Source of the DNA: Piromyces finnis finn | Lineage: Eukaryota; Fungi; Neocallimastigomycota | Length of the DNA: 64,000 nt | Direction: 5' to 3' | NCBI GenBank assembly: GCA_002104945.1 | Contig: MCFH01000028.1 | Location: 248,001-312,000, forward strand | In this document: positions 42,627 to 52,554 of the stretch, piece after piece | How the letters are laid out: every line of letters begins with the position of its first letter | Numbering within the stretch: the first letter of the stretch is position 1 | The notes under the pieces: model-generated | Seen by the model: only the letters and a program-made list of their open reading frames with translations | Database searches by the model: none | Told to the model about the DNA's origin: nothing | Program-made: the position numbers and the translations under genes

Positions 42627-45600
42627 TTAATGGGTCTTGTTGAATTCTCTTAGCTTTGCTGGACAGTTCAGATTTTCTTCGGGTTCCCATGAGGCTTCTG
42701 AAATAGGATATCCTTTCCATTTGATCAAGTACTGAGTTTTGTTATAGCGTCTTCTTTTGTCCAGAATTTCTTCTACTTCGTATTCCTCCTCTTCGTTTAT
42801 AATGACAGGTGGTGGAGGTTGAACTTTTCGGTTTGTACTTTTCCCTTCGAAGTAAGGCTCGAGAGATGATTTATGGAATACCGGATCAATCTTCATGTTA
42901 CCAGGGAGTTTCAATTTGAATGAGACTTCTGATATTTGTTGTTCAATTTCATAGGGACCGAGTTTCCGAGGGGTGAATTTTTTATTTCCCTTAACTAAAT
43001 TATTATTGATTAACCATACCTTTTCTCCTGGTTTGAATGACGGGCCTGGTTGTCTATGTCTATTGGCGAAATGTTCTTGTTTCTTTTGGGCTTCCGAAAG
43101 GTTTTTCTTGAGGGTGCTGATAATTTCTTTTAATTCTTTTGTGTATTCTTCAGCTCTTGGAACTTCACTTGTTGTTGGAATTGTTGGATTAAAATTAGGA
43201 TGGAAACCATAGTTCAAGAAGAAGGGTGTTTGTTTTGCAGATTCTTGAACTGAATTATTGTAACTAAATTCAGCTAGGCTTAAGTATTCGATCCAGTTAG
43301 TGCCTTTGTAATTTGAGAAGCAGCGTAGATATTGTTCTACAACGGAGTTCACTCTCTCCGTCTGGCCATTGGATTGGTGGTGATAAGCAGAAGAGTATTT
43401 CAAATCAATCTTGAGGGTAGCAAAGAATTTCTTCCAAAACTTTGAAGTGAACTGAGAACCTTGGTCGAGAACAATGTCGGAGGGGCATCCATGAAGTTTG
43501 AAGACGTTGTTAATGAAAGCTTCGGCAGCACGTTCAGCAGAGGGAACTTTTTCAAGAGGGATAAAGTGAGCCATTTTTGTCAATCGATCAATGACAACGA
43601 AGATACAGGTAAATCCACGAGAAGAGGGGAGGTCAGTGATAAAATCCATAGCAATGGAAGACCAGGGACGTTCACCTAAAGGAAGAGTGGATAATAACCC
43701 GTAAGGTTTATGTCTAGAGGATTTCGAACGACAGCAGACCTCACAAGAACGGACATAGTCCTTAACATCCTGATACATTTTGGGCCACCAGTAGTTACGG
43801 GAAATCAAGGATAAAGTTTTTGAAATACCAAAATGGCCGGCAGCAGGGGAGTCATGACAAGAAGACAGAATTTCAACTCGGCAATCATTAGGAACATAGA
43901 TTTTATCTTGGAAAAGGAGGACGTTGTTACTAAGTTTGTAGTCAGAAGAACAATTATCATTGAGAAGTTGATTAGAAGTCTCAATGAAGAATTTGTCAAG
44001 TTTACAAGAGAGAGCAATTTTTTCAAGAAGAGAAGAAGGAGTGGATGAAGCAAAGCAGGAGCTGAAATTTTCGGGACGAAAGACAGAGTTATTAGAATCG
44101 GAATTGCAAGAGTGATCAAGATAGTCAGGTCTTCTTGACAAGGCATCGGTTTTCCCGTTCGAGGAACCAGGGCGATATTCAATGACAAAATCGAATTCAG
44201 CAAGGAAAAGGGACCATCTAATTAATCTCTGAGTCATCTTCTCCGGTTTCTTCTGAAAAAGGAGGTTTCTGTGGTCTGATATAATTTTGAAAGGATGATT
44301 CGCACCTTTCAAAAAATGTCTCCACACTTCTAAGGACGCGACGATAGCCAAAAGTTCTTTATCATAGATAGGGTAGTTCTTCTCCGGGTTTGTAAGGGAT
44401 CTAGAAAAGAACGCAACAGGGTGAAGAATATTGTCGGACTTGTTGACTTGAGACAATACAGCACCTATGGCGAAGTTACTTGCATCGGTTTCGACAACGA
44501 AAGGTAGGTCAACATCAGGATATGCAAGGATAGGCTGACTAATAAAATGCTTAACCAAAGCATCAAAAGCATCTTGAGCGGTATCGTTCCAAACGAAGGC
44601 GGTGTTCTTCTTGCAAAGTTGGTGGAGTGGGTGAGCAACCTTAGCAAAGCCAGGAATAAATCTACGATAATAGTTGGCTAAGCCTAGGAAAGATTGTAGT
44701 TCATGGACCGATTTAGGAGTCGGCCATTCCGCAATGGCTTTCACCTTATTAGGGTCCATTCCGATACCAGAGGCAGAGATTCTATGACCAAGGAAGTCAA
44801 GACAAGGAGAGTCGAATAGACATTTTTCAAGTTTAGCGTACAGTCCGGCTTCTTCGAGTCTACGAAGGACTTCATTGACGTGTTCATGATGTTCGGCTAT
44901 ATTATCAGAGAAAATGATAATATCGTCAATATACGAAAAGACGAATTTACCGATAATGCCTTCAAGAACGTCGTTAATAAAATGTTGGAAGACTGCAGGA
45001 GCGTTCTTGAGACCGAAAGGCATTACCAGATATTCGAAATGGCCAAATTGACAGGTGAAGGCGGTCTTATATTCATCGCCTTCTTTGATTCTTACCAAGT
45101 TATAGGCGGATCGAAGATCTAGCTTCGAGAACACCTTAGCTTTTCCTAGATGATCCAACATGTCTTGGATCAATGGGAGAGGGTACGAGTTCCTAATGGT
45201 GATTTCGTTCAAGCGGCGGTAGTCGATACACATACGAAGTTCTCCACTCTTCTTCGGGACAAACAGAACGGGAGCACCAGCTGGCGATTTGGATTTGCGG
45301 ATAAACCCCTTTTTTAAATTTTCATTAATGGTTTCTTCTAATACCTTTGATTCTTTCTCAGTAAGTCGGTAGATTGGACCATAAAACAAGTTGCTATTTG
45401 GTCTCAGGTTGATCTCACAGTCGTACGGGCGATGAGGAGGGAGTTTATCAGCGAGCCTTTCCTCGAACACTTTGGAGTGTTGAGAGTAGTGAATTGGAAT
45501 TTGGGGTGACTCAACTTCAGGTTCTTCTAAACAAGTGAATACATTGAAAGGGTATTCAGGTGTATTTCCAACTGACATTTCGTCCTTCGATTGGTCTTCG

Positions 45601-46826
45601 AGTTCAGAAGTGGTAGAGCTAGCAGATTCTTTCCTTAAGTAATTTTCCTTACAGTATTCAGAATGATAGGAAACGTCCTTACTAGCAAAATTGATTGTCG
45701 GATTGTGAAGGGCCAGCCAATCAGAGCCAAGAATACAACAGTAAGAAGGCAATTCTACGACGTAAAATTGTAACTGGCATGAGTGATTCATGTGTTCCAC
45801 AGTTATAGGCCAAGTCTGGCCGATAATCTTTTGGTGACCTCCGATACCTATAATTTGTGGGCATTTTACTTTGGTAATTATAGGGATCTCATGGGCCTTA
45901 ACAAAGGCGTGGTCTATCAAACAGAATTGTGAACCACTATCTAAGAGAACTTTAGTTCCGACAGATTTGTATGGAAGAACAATATCAACATCGATAACAG
46001 TTTGAGGTAAAGAGGAGTTATCCGAAAGTCGAGTGGATTTTTCTTGTTCATTCAAAACATGGACCCCAGCATTATTAGTATGGTTTTCCTTTTTGGTTCT
46101 AATAGGGCATTCAGATAATCGGTGACCAGGTTTACCACAATATAAGCAGAGATTCTCTTTCATTCGGCGGCTACGTTCTTCACTTGAAATGGGGCCAAAA
46201 TTATTTTCCTTCTTGGGCTGAGTGGATTTACTTGTAGATCTTTCTGAGGAGCGGGATTGGAAGCTTTGTTTAGAACGGAAACTTCTATTGGATCTTCTGT
46301 TTATTTCCTCTTGGTGGCATGCCAATCTACTTCCTATACGACTGGCTATTGTTTGTAAGTTTATCAAGGTAGAAGGGCCAGGAAACATCTGAAGGATATG
46401 GGTGGCGATTCTATCGTCCAACCCATCAACAAAAGCATCCATCTTGGCTTGTTCATTCCAAGTGGATTCATCAGCATAGTAGTTAAATTCCTTGATATAC
46501 TCTTGAGTATTGGATAGGCCACGTTGTTTGATCTTCTTGAGCTTTTGGTTGGCAGTATAGACCATATCCTGAAAACCAAAAGCAGCCTTCAGCTTTCCAA
46601 CAAAGGCGCCATAATCCTGTAAGCAAGGATCATGGTTGTTAATCAAGGTAGCAGCCCAATTCATTGCATCCCCGTAGAGGCGACTAACGACGTAGAAGAC
46701 CTTTTCTCCATCGTCCCTTCCTATTTCAGGATGGATCATAAAGATCATGTCCATTTTGGCTAAGAATCCCTTCAGGTAGCGACGGTTGCCATCAAAACCG
46801 TTCTTCAAATCAGCAGAGTTATCCAT
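42627..46826 (-). CDS. gag-pol: Inner element Gag-Pol polyprotein with C-terminal chromodomain
   Basis: Ty3-type capsid ([12 protein letters not shown]...AMNWA), CCHC knuckle [51 protein letters not shown]...CEVC, MDFI...DQGSQF...TERVN, LGPYEI, chromodomain [11 protein letters not shown]...[21 protein letters not shown]. Confidence 0.97.
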   Translation of the reverse strand: MDNSADLKNGFDGNRRYLKGFLAKMDMIFMIHPEIGRDDGEKVFYVVSRLYGDAMNWAATLINNHDPCLQDYGAFVGKLKAAFGFQDMVYTANQKLKKIKQRGLSNTQEYIKEFNYYADESTWNEQAKMDAFVDGLDDRIATHILQMFPGPSTLINLQTIASRIGSRLACHQEEINRRSNRSFRSKQSFQSRSSERSTSKSTQPKKENNFGPISSEERSRRMKENLCLYCGKPGHRLSECPIRTKKENHTNNAGVHVLNEQEKSTRLSDNSSLPQTVIDVDIVLPYKSVGTKVLLDSGSQFCLIDHAFVKAHEIPIITKVKCPQIIGIGGHQKIIGQTWPITVEHMNHSCQLQFYVVELPSYCCILGSDWLALHNPTINFASKDVSYHSEYCKENYLRKESASSTTSELEDQSKDEMSVGNTPEYPFNVFTCLEEPEVESPQIPIHYSQHSKVFEERLADKLPPHRPYDCEINLRPNSNLFYGPIYRLTEKESKVLEETINENLKKGFIRKSKSPAGAPVLFVPKKSGELRMCIDYRRLNEITIRNSYPLPLIQDMLDHLGKAKVFSKLDLRSAYNLVRIKEGDEYKTAFTCQFGHFEYLVMPFGLKNAPAVFQHFINDVLEGIIGKFVFSYIDDIIIFSDNIAEHHEHVNEVLRRLEEAGLYAKLEKCLFDSPCLDFLGHRISASGIGMDPNKVKAIAEWPTPKSVHELQSFLGLANYYRRFIPGFAKVAHPLHQLCKKNTAFVWNDTAQDAFDALVKHFISQPILAYPDVDLPFVVETDASNFAIGAVLSQVNKSDNILHPVAFFSRSLTNPEKNYPIYDKELLAIVASLEVWRHFLKGANHPFKIISDHRNLLFQKKPEKMTQRLIRWSLFLAEFDFVIEYRPGSSNGKTDALSRRPDYLDHSCNSDSNNSVFRPENFSSCFASSTPSSLLEKIALSCKLDKFFIETSNQLLNDNCSSDYKLSNNVLLFQDKIYVPNDCRVEILSSCHDSPAAGHFGISKTLSLISRNYWWPKMYQDVKDYVRSCEVCCRSKSSRHKPYGLLSTLPLGERPWSSIAMDFITDLPSSRGFTCIFVVIDRLTKMAHFIPLEKVPSAERAAEAFINNVFKLHGCPSDIVLDQGSQFTSKFWKKFFATLKIDLKYSSAYHHQSNGQTERVNSVVEQYLRCFSNYKGTNWIEYLSLAEFSYNNSVQESAKQTPFFLNYGFHPNFNPTIPTTSEVPRAEEYTKELKEIISTLKKNLSEAQKKQEHFANRHRQPGPSFKPGEKVWLINNNLVKGNKKFTPRKLGPYEIEQQISEVSFKLKLPGNMKIDPVFHKSSLEPYFEGKSTNRKVQPPPPVIINEEEEYEVEEILDKRRRYNKTQYLIKWKGYPISEASWEPEENLNCPAKLREFNKTH

Positions 46827-46884
46827 AAAAAAAATTAGAAGTAAGCAAATAAACGAGGCACTGAGGTAGCGATCTTTTTCTTAG

Positions 46885-46895
46885 AGTGTTTTTAT
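46885..46895 (-). other. Self-priming PBS of inner element (11 nt)
   Basis: Minus-strand ATAAAAACACT directly after the 5' LTR is the exact complement of minus-strand AGTGTTTTTAT at 47083-47073 inside that LTR. There is no TGG tRNA-type PBS. Confidence 0.8.
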
Positions 46896-47268
46896 TGTAA
46901 CGAAATATTATAATAATAAACACACACACTCTAATGTATCAAATATATATGTATTTTTTTTAATAATGTTTATTTATTAAATTTATTATTATAATACGAC
47001 TAACTCGCTAGGTCAGTGTATTATCAAACTAAAGACGAAACAAAAAAAAAAACTAATTTTTATTAATTATTAATAAAAACACTAAAGAACTATTTTATCT
47101 TTCTTATTCTCTCTTTTATACATGAAAATTATTTTTTTTTTTAATACAATTTGATAAGTGAATTAATTACTTAATGATTGGTTATAAAAATATAATTATG
47201 AAATTTTCATTAATCTAACCTTAATGATTTTCTAGTCTAACCCTTATCATTAGATATACCTCATTACA
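46896..47268 (-). repeat. Inner element 5' LTR (373 bp)
   Basis: Direct repeat of 41829-42201. Confidence 0.96.
47113..47120 (-). promoter_or_regulatory. Candidate TATA box of inner LTR promoter
   Basis: Minus-strand TATAAAAG 30-37 nt upstream of the start site (47083) predicted from the self-priming geometry. The AT-rich context lowers specificity. Confidence 0.5.
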
Positions 47269-48138
47269 ACCATCGACATCACCTTCGTTGATAATATTAA
47301 TAAATGAACTAATATCATCATCATCAAGATCCAAATTTTGAATGGCGTTTATTTTTCTAACGTCATTAGGATCAAGTTTTAAGCCTTTCGCACAAAGTCT
47401 TCTAATGATAGGGCTAACAGCAAAGAGTTGTGCAAAGGTAATACCAGCATTGGTATTATTGAGAGCATCATATACATCATACTCCTTATTTTTGCCAAGC
47501 ATAATAATAGAACGTAAGAAGTCGTAATAGTTTCCTTTCAGCGACTTCTTACTTCCAATAACTTCTTCCTCTATATCATCTTGATTACTAGAGATATCCG
47601 GACCAGTTCTCCTTTTGTTTCTGGCTTCTTTATTTTTCTTCTTGGCAGAAGAGATATTCTTGTCTGCAATTACCGAGGGGTCTAGGATGTCCATGCGGGA
47701 AGTAGTGGTATGAAAATTTGAATTTTTCTCGTTTTGAATTTCTTGCTGTTCTTTCATCTGAGTGGCCTTTGTGTGTATTGGCAAGGGGTTTTCTCGAAGT
47801 TTCTTTTTCTTCGACTGAGTCACGTGATCCTCATCTTCACTTTCATCACTTTCTTCAGAACTTTTCCTCTTGAATGCGTAAATAAGGTTTTCGATGTCCT
47901 TATCATCGATTGTATTTGTCACGTGATTTTGTGTAACATCATCCTTATCTATGTCTTTGATTGGATCATCCACCAAAGGGTCAGAGAATTTTTCTTCAGA
48001 ATTTGAAAATTTTTCTGTTTTATGTGAGTCACGTGTTTCATCAACATAAACTTGCTCGTTTATGTTATTGATATTGTGGGTTTGGTTATTATCAATTTTG
48101 GAGTTAGAAGGGGAAGATTGAGAACTTCCCCCATTTAA
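47269..48138 (-). CDS. pol: Outer element pol, 5' part (Gag-protease spacer), -1 frame relative to gag
   Basis: Open from the slippery site (LNGGSSQSSPS...) to the inner-element TSD (...EGDVDG). It continues in frame into 41828-38656 once the insert and one TSD copy are removed. Confidence 0.88.
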
Positions 48139-48144
48139 TTTAAA
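48110..48144 (-). promoter_or_regulatory. -1 programmed ribosomal frameshift signal
   Basis: Slippery heptamer U_UUA_AAU (48144-48138) in the gag frame right before the gag UAA, then 5-6 nt spacer and hairpin GGGGAAG-uucucaau-CUUCCCC (48131-48110). Confidence 0.8.
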
Positions 48145-49004
48145 TGGTTTTGGGAAAGGAGAGTAGCAATAAACTTATTCATATCTGACATTTCATTAGG
48201 GCAAAAACGAGCATCATGTCCTCTCTGATTACAGCGGTGACAGACATGAATTTTCATCTGGGCAAAACTCTTGGTCAGAGCCTCTAGATCGGATTCCTTA
48301 ACGTCTTTTGTACCTCCTTGATTTTTATTGTTATTACTACTACTACTGTTATTATTACTATTATTATTATTATAAGGCGATTTTTCATTGTTGGTAGTAG
48401 TTCTTTTCTTAAAGGAGCTATTGCTTTTGTTTCTTTTATAGTTATAGTCGGTTTCGTCATCACTTTCATAAGCTGAGATGGTTTCTTCTGCTGTGATGGC
48501 GATTCTCATAGCGTCCTTTAAGGTTTTTGGTTGTTTATTAATAAGAGAATTCATAATGGGAGTTCTCCTATTAAAGGCTTTAATGTAAAGGAAAACAAGT
48601 CTTTCTTCAGAAGGCTTATCCCTTTCTTTAATTTCTTTCAAGAGGTCATTGAAGGAACGATTGAATTCTCTAACTGAACTCTTGTTTATTTTAATTTTTT
48701 CTAGTTTATTGAGGTTCTTATTGGAAGTTTTATCATCCTCAAATAAGTTAGATATTTTATTGATAAATTCATTATAAGATAGGGATCTATCTTCATAATA
48801 AATATCGCTACAAAGATCCTTAGTTTTGTCCGAAGTAGCGATTAGAGCAACTCTTTTTTTTTCTTTTTCAGAAAGGTTTAAGTCCTCCAAGATATCTTCG
48901 AGTTCCATCTTCCATCTAAAGAACTTGGTAGTTTTCTTTCCGAGAGGGCTTATTTCTTTGGCCATACTTGCGGCTCTTTCAAAGTTATTCTTATCTTCGG
49001 ACAT
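48135..49004 (-). CDS. gag: Outer element Gag (289 aa) with CCHC zinc knuckle
   Basis: ORF directly downstream of the PBS, capsid-like helical region (FFRWKMELEDIL...SVREFNRSF...QPKTLKDAMRIA) and CHRCNQRGHDARFC. Confidence 0.92.
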   Translation of the reverse strand: MSEDKNNFERAASMAKEISPLGKKTTKFFRWKMELEDILEDLNLSEKEKKRVALIATSDKTKDLCSDIYYEDRSLSYNEFINKISNLFEDDKTSNKNLNKLEKIKINKSSVREFNRSFNDLLKEIKERDKPSEERLVFLYIKAFNRRTPIMNSLINKQPKTLKDAMRIAITAEETISAYESDDETDYNYKRNKSNSSFKKRTTTNNEKSPYNNNNSNNNSSSSNNNKNQGGTKDVKESDLEALTKSFAQMKIHVCHRCNQRGHDARFCPNEMSDMNKFIATLLSQNHLN

Positions 49005-49090
49005 ATTTATTAATTTAATTAAATAAATATGCTATATATATAAGTAAACAGGAATTTTATATTTTCGGCTATCCCACGGGACGACTGAGG

Positions 49091-49100
49091 TTCTCCACCA
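49091..49100 (-). other. tRNA primer-binding site of outer element, tRNA-Ala type
   Basis: Minus-strand TGGTGGAGAA, 2 nt after the 5' LTR, complementary to a tRNA 3' end ...UUCUCCACCA. U70-C71-C72-A73-CCA is the typical tRNA-Ala end. Confidence 0.75.
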
Positions 49101-49102
49101 CT

Positions 49103-49734
49103 TGATAACGGATTGGTAGTTATATTACAACTTTTTAAACTACTTATTCGTTACCTTATATTGTTTTATCTCGACAGCTATTGTACGAGCTTTAACAATA
49201 TCTACTTGTTTTATTATTTATTTTAATTTATTTTATAATATTTTATAATATTTATAGTTTTATTATTTAATAATATTTATATAGAATAATAACACCAGAT
49301 TTATTCTATAAAATATTATTTATTATTAACACAATAATTACAAACTAGACAAGTTTAATTTCGTTTTTATATTTTCTTTTATTTATTGTTTTTATACTCT
49401 TTTTTAACAATAATTTTTATTATATAAAAACTTATTTTTGTCTTTTAATTATTATTATGTATTATTTAACTAACTATATTAACTATTATTAAAAATTCAA
49501 CTTCTTATTAATATGTTAAGTCTTCCCATTTTCTACTAAAAATTATTATTATTCTTTATATTAAAAATTATTTTTATAATTTAACCCAATCAAATATATA
49601 AATTTATAAAATATTTGATTTTATGTAAATTATATTTTTATGCTAAACTATATAAAATTATTTAATAATTATTTTTATAATAAAACGTTCTACAAATATC
49701 AAATTTATAATATATTTATAATTATTATTTATCA
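49103..49734 (-). repeat. Outer element 5' LTR (632 bp)
   Basis: Direct repeat of 37690-38321. Confidence 0.96.
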
Positions 49735-49748
49735 TTGAAATTTGTAAA

Positions 49749-49841
49749 GCTCCTGTAGCCTAGAGGTTTAAGGCGTCGTGCTTATAAGGGTGTTCCTCTT
49801 ATGCAACGCGAAGATCGCGGGTTCGACCCCCGCCAGGAGCA
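49749..49841 (+). tRNA. tRNA-Ile(TAT): tRNA-Ile (anticodon UAU) with 19-nt intron (49787-49805)
   Basis: Acceptor stem GCTCCTG/CAGGAGC plus discriminator A, A-box TAGCCTAGAGG, anticodon stem TCGTG/CGCGA with loop CT-TAT-A^A, B-box GGTTCGACCCC, T4 and T6 runs at 49847 and 49859. Confidence 0.95.
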
Positions 49842-50269
49842 TTATATTTTAATAAAAATTTTTTATCCAAGCATTAAAAGAAAAAAATAGGGATAGTTTT
49901 TTAATCCTTCAAACTCTTATAAAAGATACCTATAAATTATATATATTATAAAAGGCTATTACTTTTATACTACAACCCTTTTACCATCATCATCATCATC
50001 ATTACTACCACTAATAACAGTTTTAATAGTGTATAAAAAAAAATTACCCCAAAATTCTTGTCATGATTGAATACAATTAAAATATTTAATTACTAAAAAA
50101 AAATTTTTAAAGTTTTACATTTAAAAAAAAAGGTAAATTTAGTTTTTATTCAAACAAAAAAAAAAAACTCTTTTTACTTTGATGTTTTTATCGTTCATAA
50201 TGTTACTTTTTTTTTTTTTTACTAATATTATTCATTGAATTAAATTGGGTTGGTCACCTTTTATTTTCT

Positions 50270-50314
<45 letters not shown>

Positions 50315-52219
50315 TAAATAATTAAAGTTTTAATTTTCATCTCAATTTATTTACTTATTCTATATTTATTCATTTATTTCCTAATACAAATTTATCTATC
50401 TATCTATTTATTTATATATTAAAGTAATTTTTTTTATTAACAATAAAAAAATTTTAATTTATGTATTGAATTTTAATCCCTTCATTTTAAGAAGAAAAAA
50501 AAAGATTTCCTTTTATAGTAGTATTATAAACAATATTCATTGGTTAGAATAAAATACAGAAAATATTTAATTTAATTTTATTTTCTAATTTTTTAAAAAA
50601 AAGTTTTTTTTATTATTTATTTTTATTAATTTTTTTTTCTACATTTAGTATTATAGTTTAATTTATAGTTTAATTTATGGTGTAATAGATTAACATTTAT
50701 TTTATTCGTGTAAAACTAATAAAAAAAGAAATGATACTATCAATTAATTTTTTTATTATAGAATTTCTTAAATTAAATTTTATCTGTAGTTCAAAACATG
50801 AATAGAATTAAACACAACACATTTAAAAAAATAATAATAAATAAACTTTTATTAATTTATTTTTTAATAAAATGGAAAATTTTTAAAACATCACATTTTA
50901 TCTAAAAAAGGTAAAAAAAAGTCATGAAAAATTTTTTTTCTATTTTTTTTTAATATAAAAAAAGTTAAAAAGGGTTTTCAGTATTGAAATTCTTTTTATC
51001 CTTCTTAATGACGGAGAATAAGGATGAAATAAAAACGTTAAAATAAAAATGAGTTTAACAATAATGATTATTATCATTAATAGCCCAGAAAACAAAAGGG
51101 TATTTTTTATTTATTATAGAAAAAGCATTAATAATGAAAAAAATTTTTTTATTCTTTTTTGATAACTCTAAAATTAATATAAAAAAAATTTTTTTAATAT
51201 AAAAGAATTTAATTTATTTTGATAGGTAAAAAAAAAAATACTAAATTTAGGATATAAAAGATAGGCACTTTTTTTAATATAAAATAAATAAAAAAAGAAT
51301 TAAATTTAAAATTTCCATTTTTATTTGTAAAACAGCTTCTTCCTATTATTTTATATAAATAAATGAATAAACAAATAAATTAATAAATAAATATATTAAT
51401 CCCTATTAATAAATGAATGAATAATTAAATTAATAATAAATAACTATTAATAAATGAGTAAATAATGAGTAAATAATGAATTAATATATATTAATAAATA
51501 AATAAATTAATAAATAAACGAATAATAATAGATTAAGGATTCCATTCTATAATTATTAAAATTATTATTTAATTCAACTTTTACAATGAGTTTATTATTA
51601 TGGGATATAATAATAAACTAGTTTTTATTCTATCTTATATTTTATAATGAAAGATATAATTCATATATAGTTTTATACTTTATAATGAAAGATATAATTC
51701 CTATATAGTTTTAATTTACATTTTATTTTTAATTCAAATGGTCATCATGACTAAAAATGAGAAAAAGTTAAAGTCAATTGAATAGTAAAGTTGCTTTTTT
51801 TTTTTTTGGTTTTGCTTGCTCATTTTATTTTTGAATGGTTTGAGATATTGGAAAAAAATTTTTTTTATTCGTTCTATTTTATTCTATAAAATTCTTTTTT
51901 TGACATGGCAGTTGGTGGATGGTTGATCAAAGAAAAAAAAAATTTTTTTTATGATACATTTCATTAGGAATGAATTAGTAATTTTTTTATATAAATAGTC
52001 ATTATTTATTCATTTATTAGTTCATGATGCATTATTTATTCATTCCTTTATTTTTGATGCATAGTTTTAAAAAAATGGTTATGCCTCTGCTTTTTTCGTT
52101 AAAAGAGTGAGTAATCATTGAAATGAAAATTTATAAGCCGCTTTTTTTTTTTTTTTTTAGATTTTATAAGCCATTCTTTTGTTTGAAATTTTATTGATTC
52201 AAAAGGTTAATTTTTACCC

Positions 52220-52554
52220 ATTCATTCATTACTATATATTAATATATTTATTTATTTAATTATTTATTCATTCATTACTATATATTAATATATTTATTTA
52301 TTTAATTATTTATTCATTCATTACTATATATTAATATATTTATTTATTTAATTATTTATTCATTCATTACTATATATTAATATATTTATTTATTTGATTA
52401 TTTATTCATTCATTACTATATATTAATATATTTATTTATTTGATTATTTATTCATTCATTACTATATATTAATATATTTGTTTATTTAATTATTTATTCA
52501 TTCATTACTATATATTAATATATTTATTTATTTAATTATTTATTCATTCATTAC
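52220..52554. repeat. 46-bp AT-rich minisatellite, seven copies
   Basis: Unit ACTATATATTAATATATTTATTTATTTAATTATTTATTCATTCATT at 52231, 52277, 52323, 52369, 52415, 52461 and 52507. Confidence 0.92.

Larger units (their letters stand above)
41829..47268 (-). mobile_element. Inner Ty3/gypsy chromovirus (Tf1/sushi-like), 5,440 bp, apparently intact
   Basis: 373-bp TG...CA LTRs, 5-bp TSD ACCAT (41824-41828 and 47269-47273), a single 1,399-aa Gag-Pol ORF, PPT and self-priming PBS. Confidence 0.97.
37690..49734 (-). mobile_element. Outer Ty3/gypsy LTR retrotransposon (about 6,600 bp without the nested insert), no chromodomain, abutting a tRNA gene
   Basis: Two 632-bp TG...CA LTRs, 4-bp TSD TTGA (37686-37689 and 49735-49738), PBS, PPT, gag, and pol in PR-RT-RH-IN order. 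Confidence 0.97.

Noticed and set aside
38829-49026. Small overlapping or antisense ORFs inside both retroelements
   Set aside because: Expected by chance in alternative frames of GC-richer long ORFs, with no motifs.
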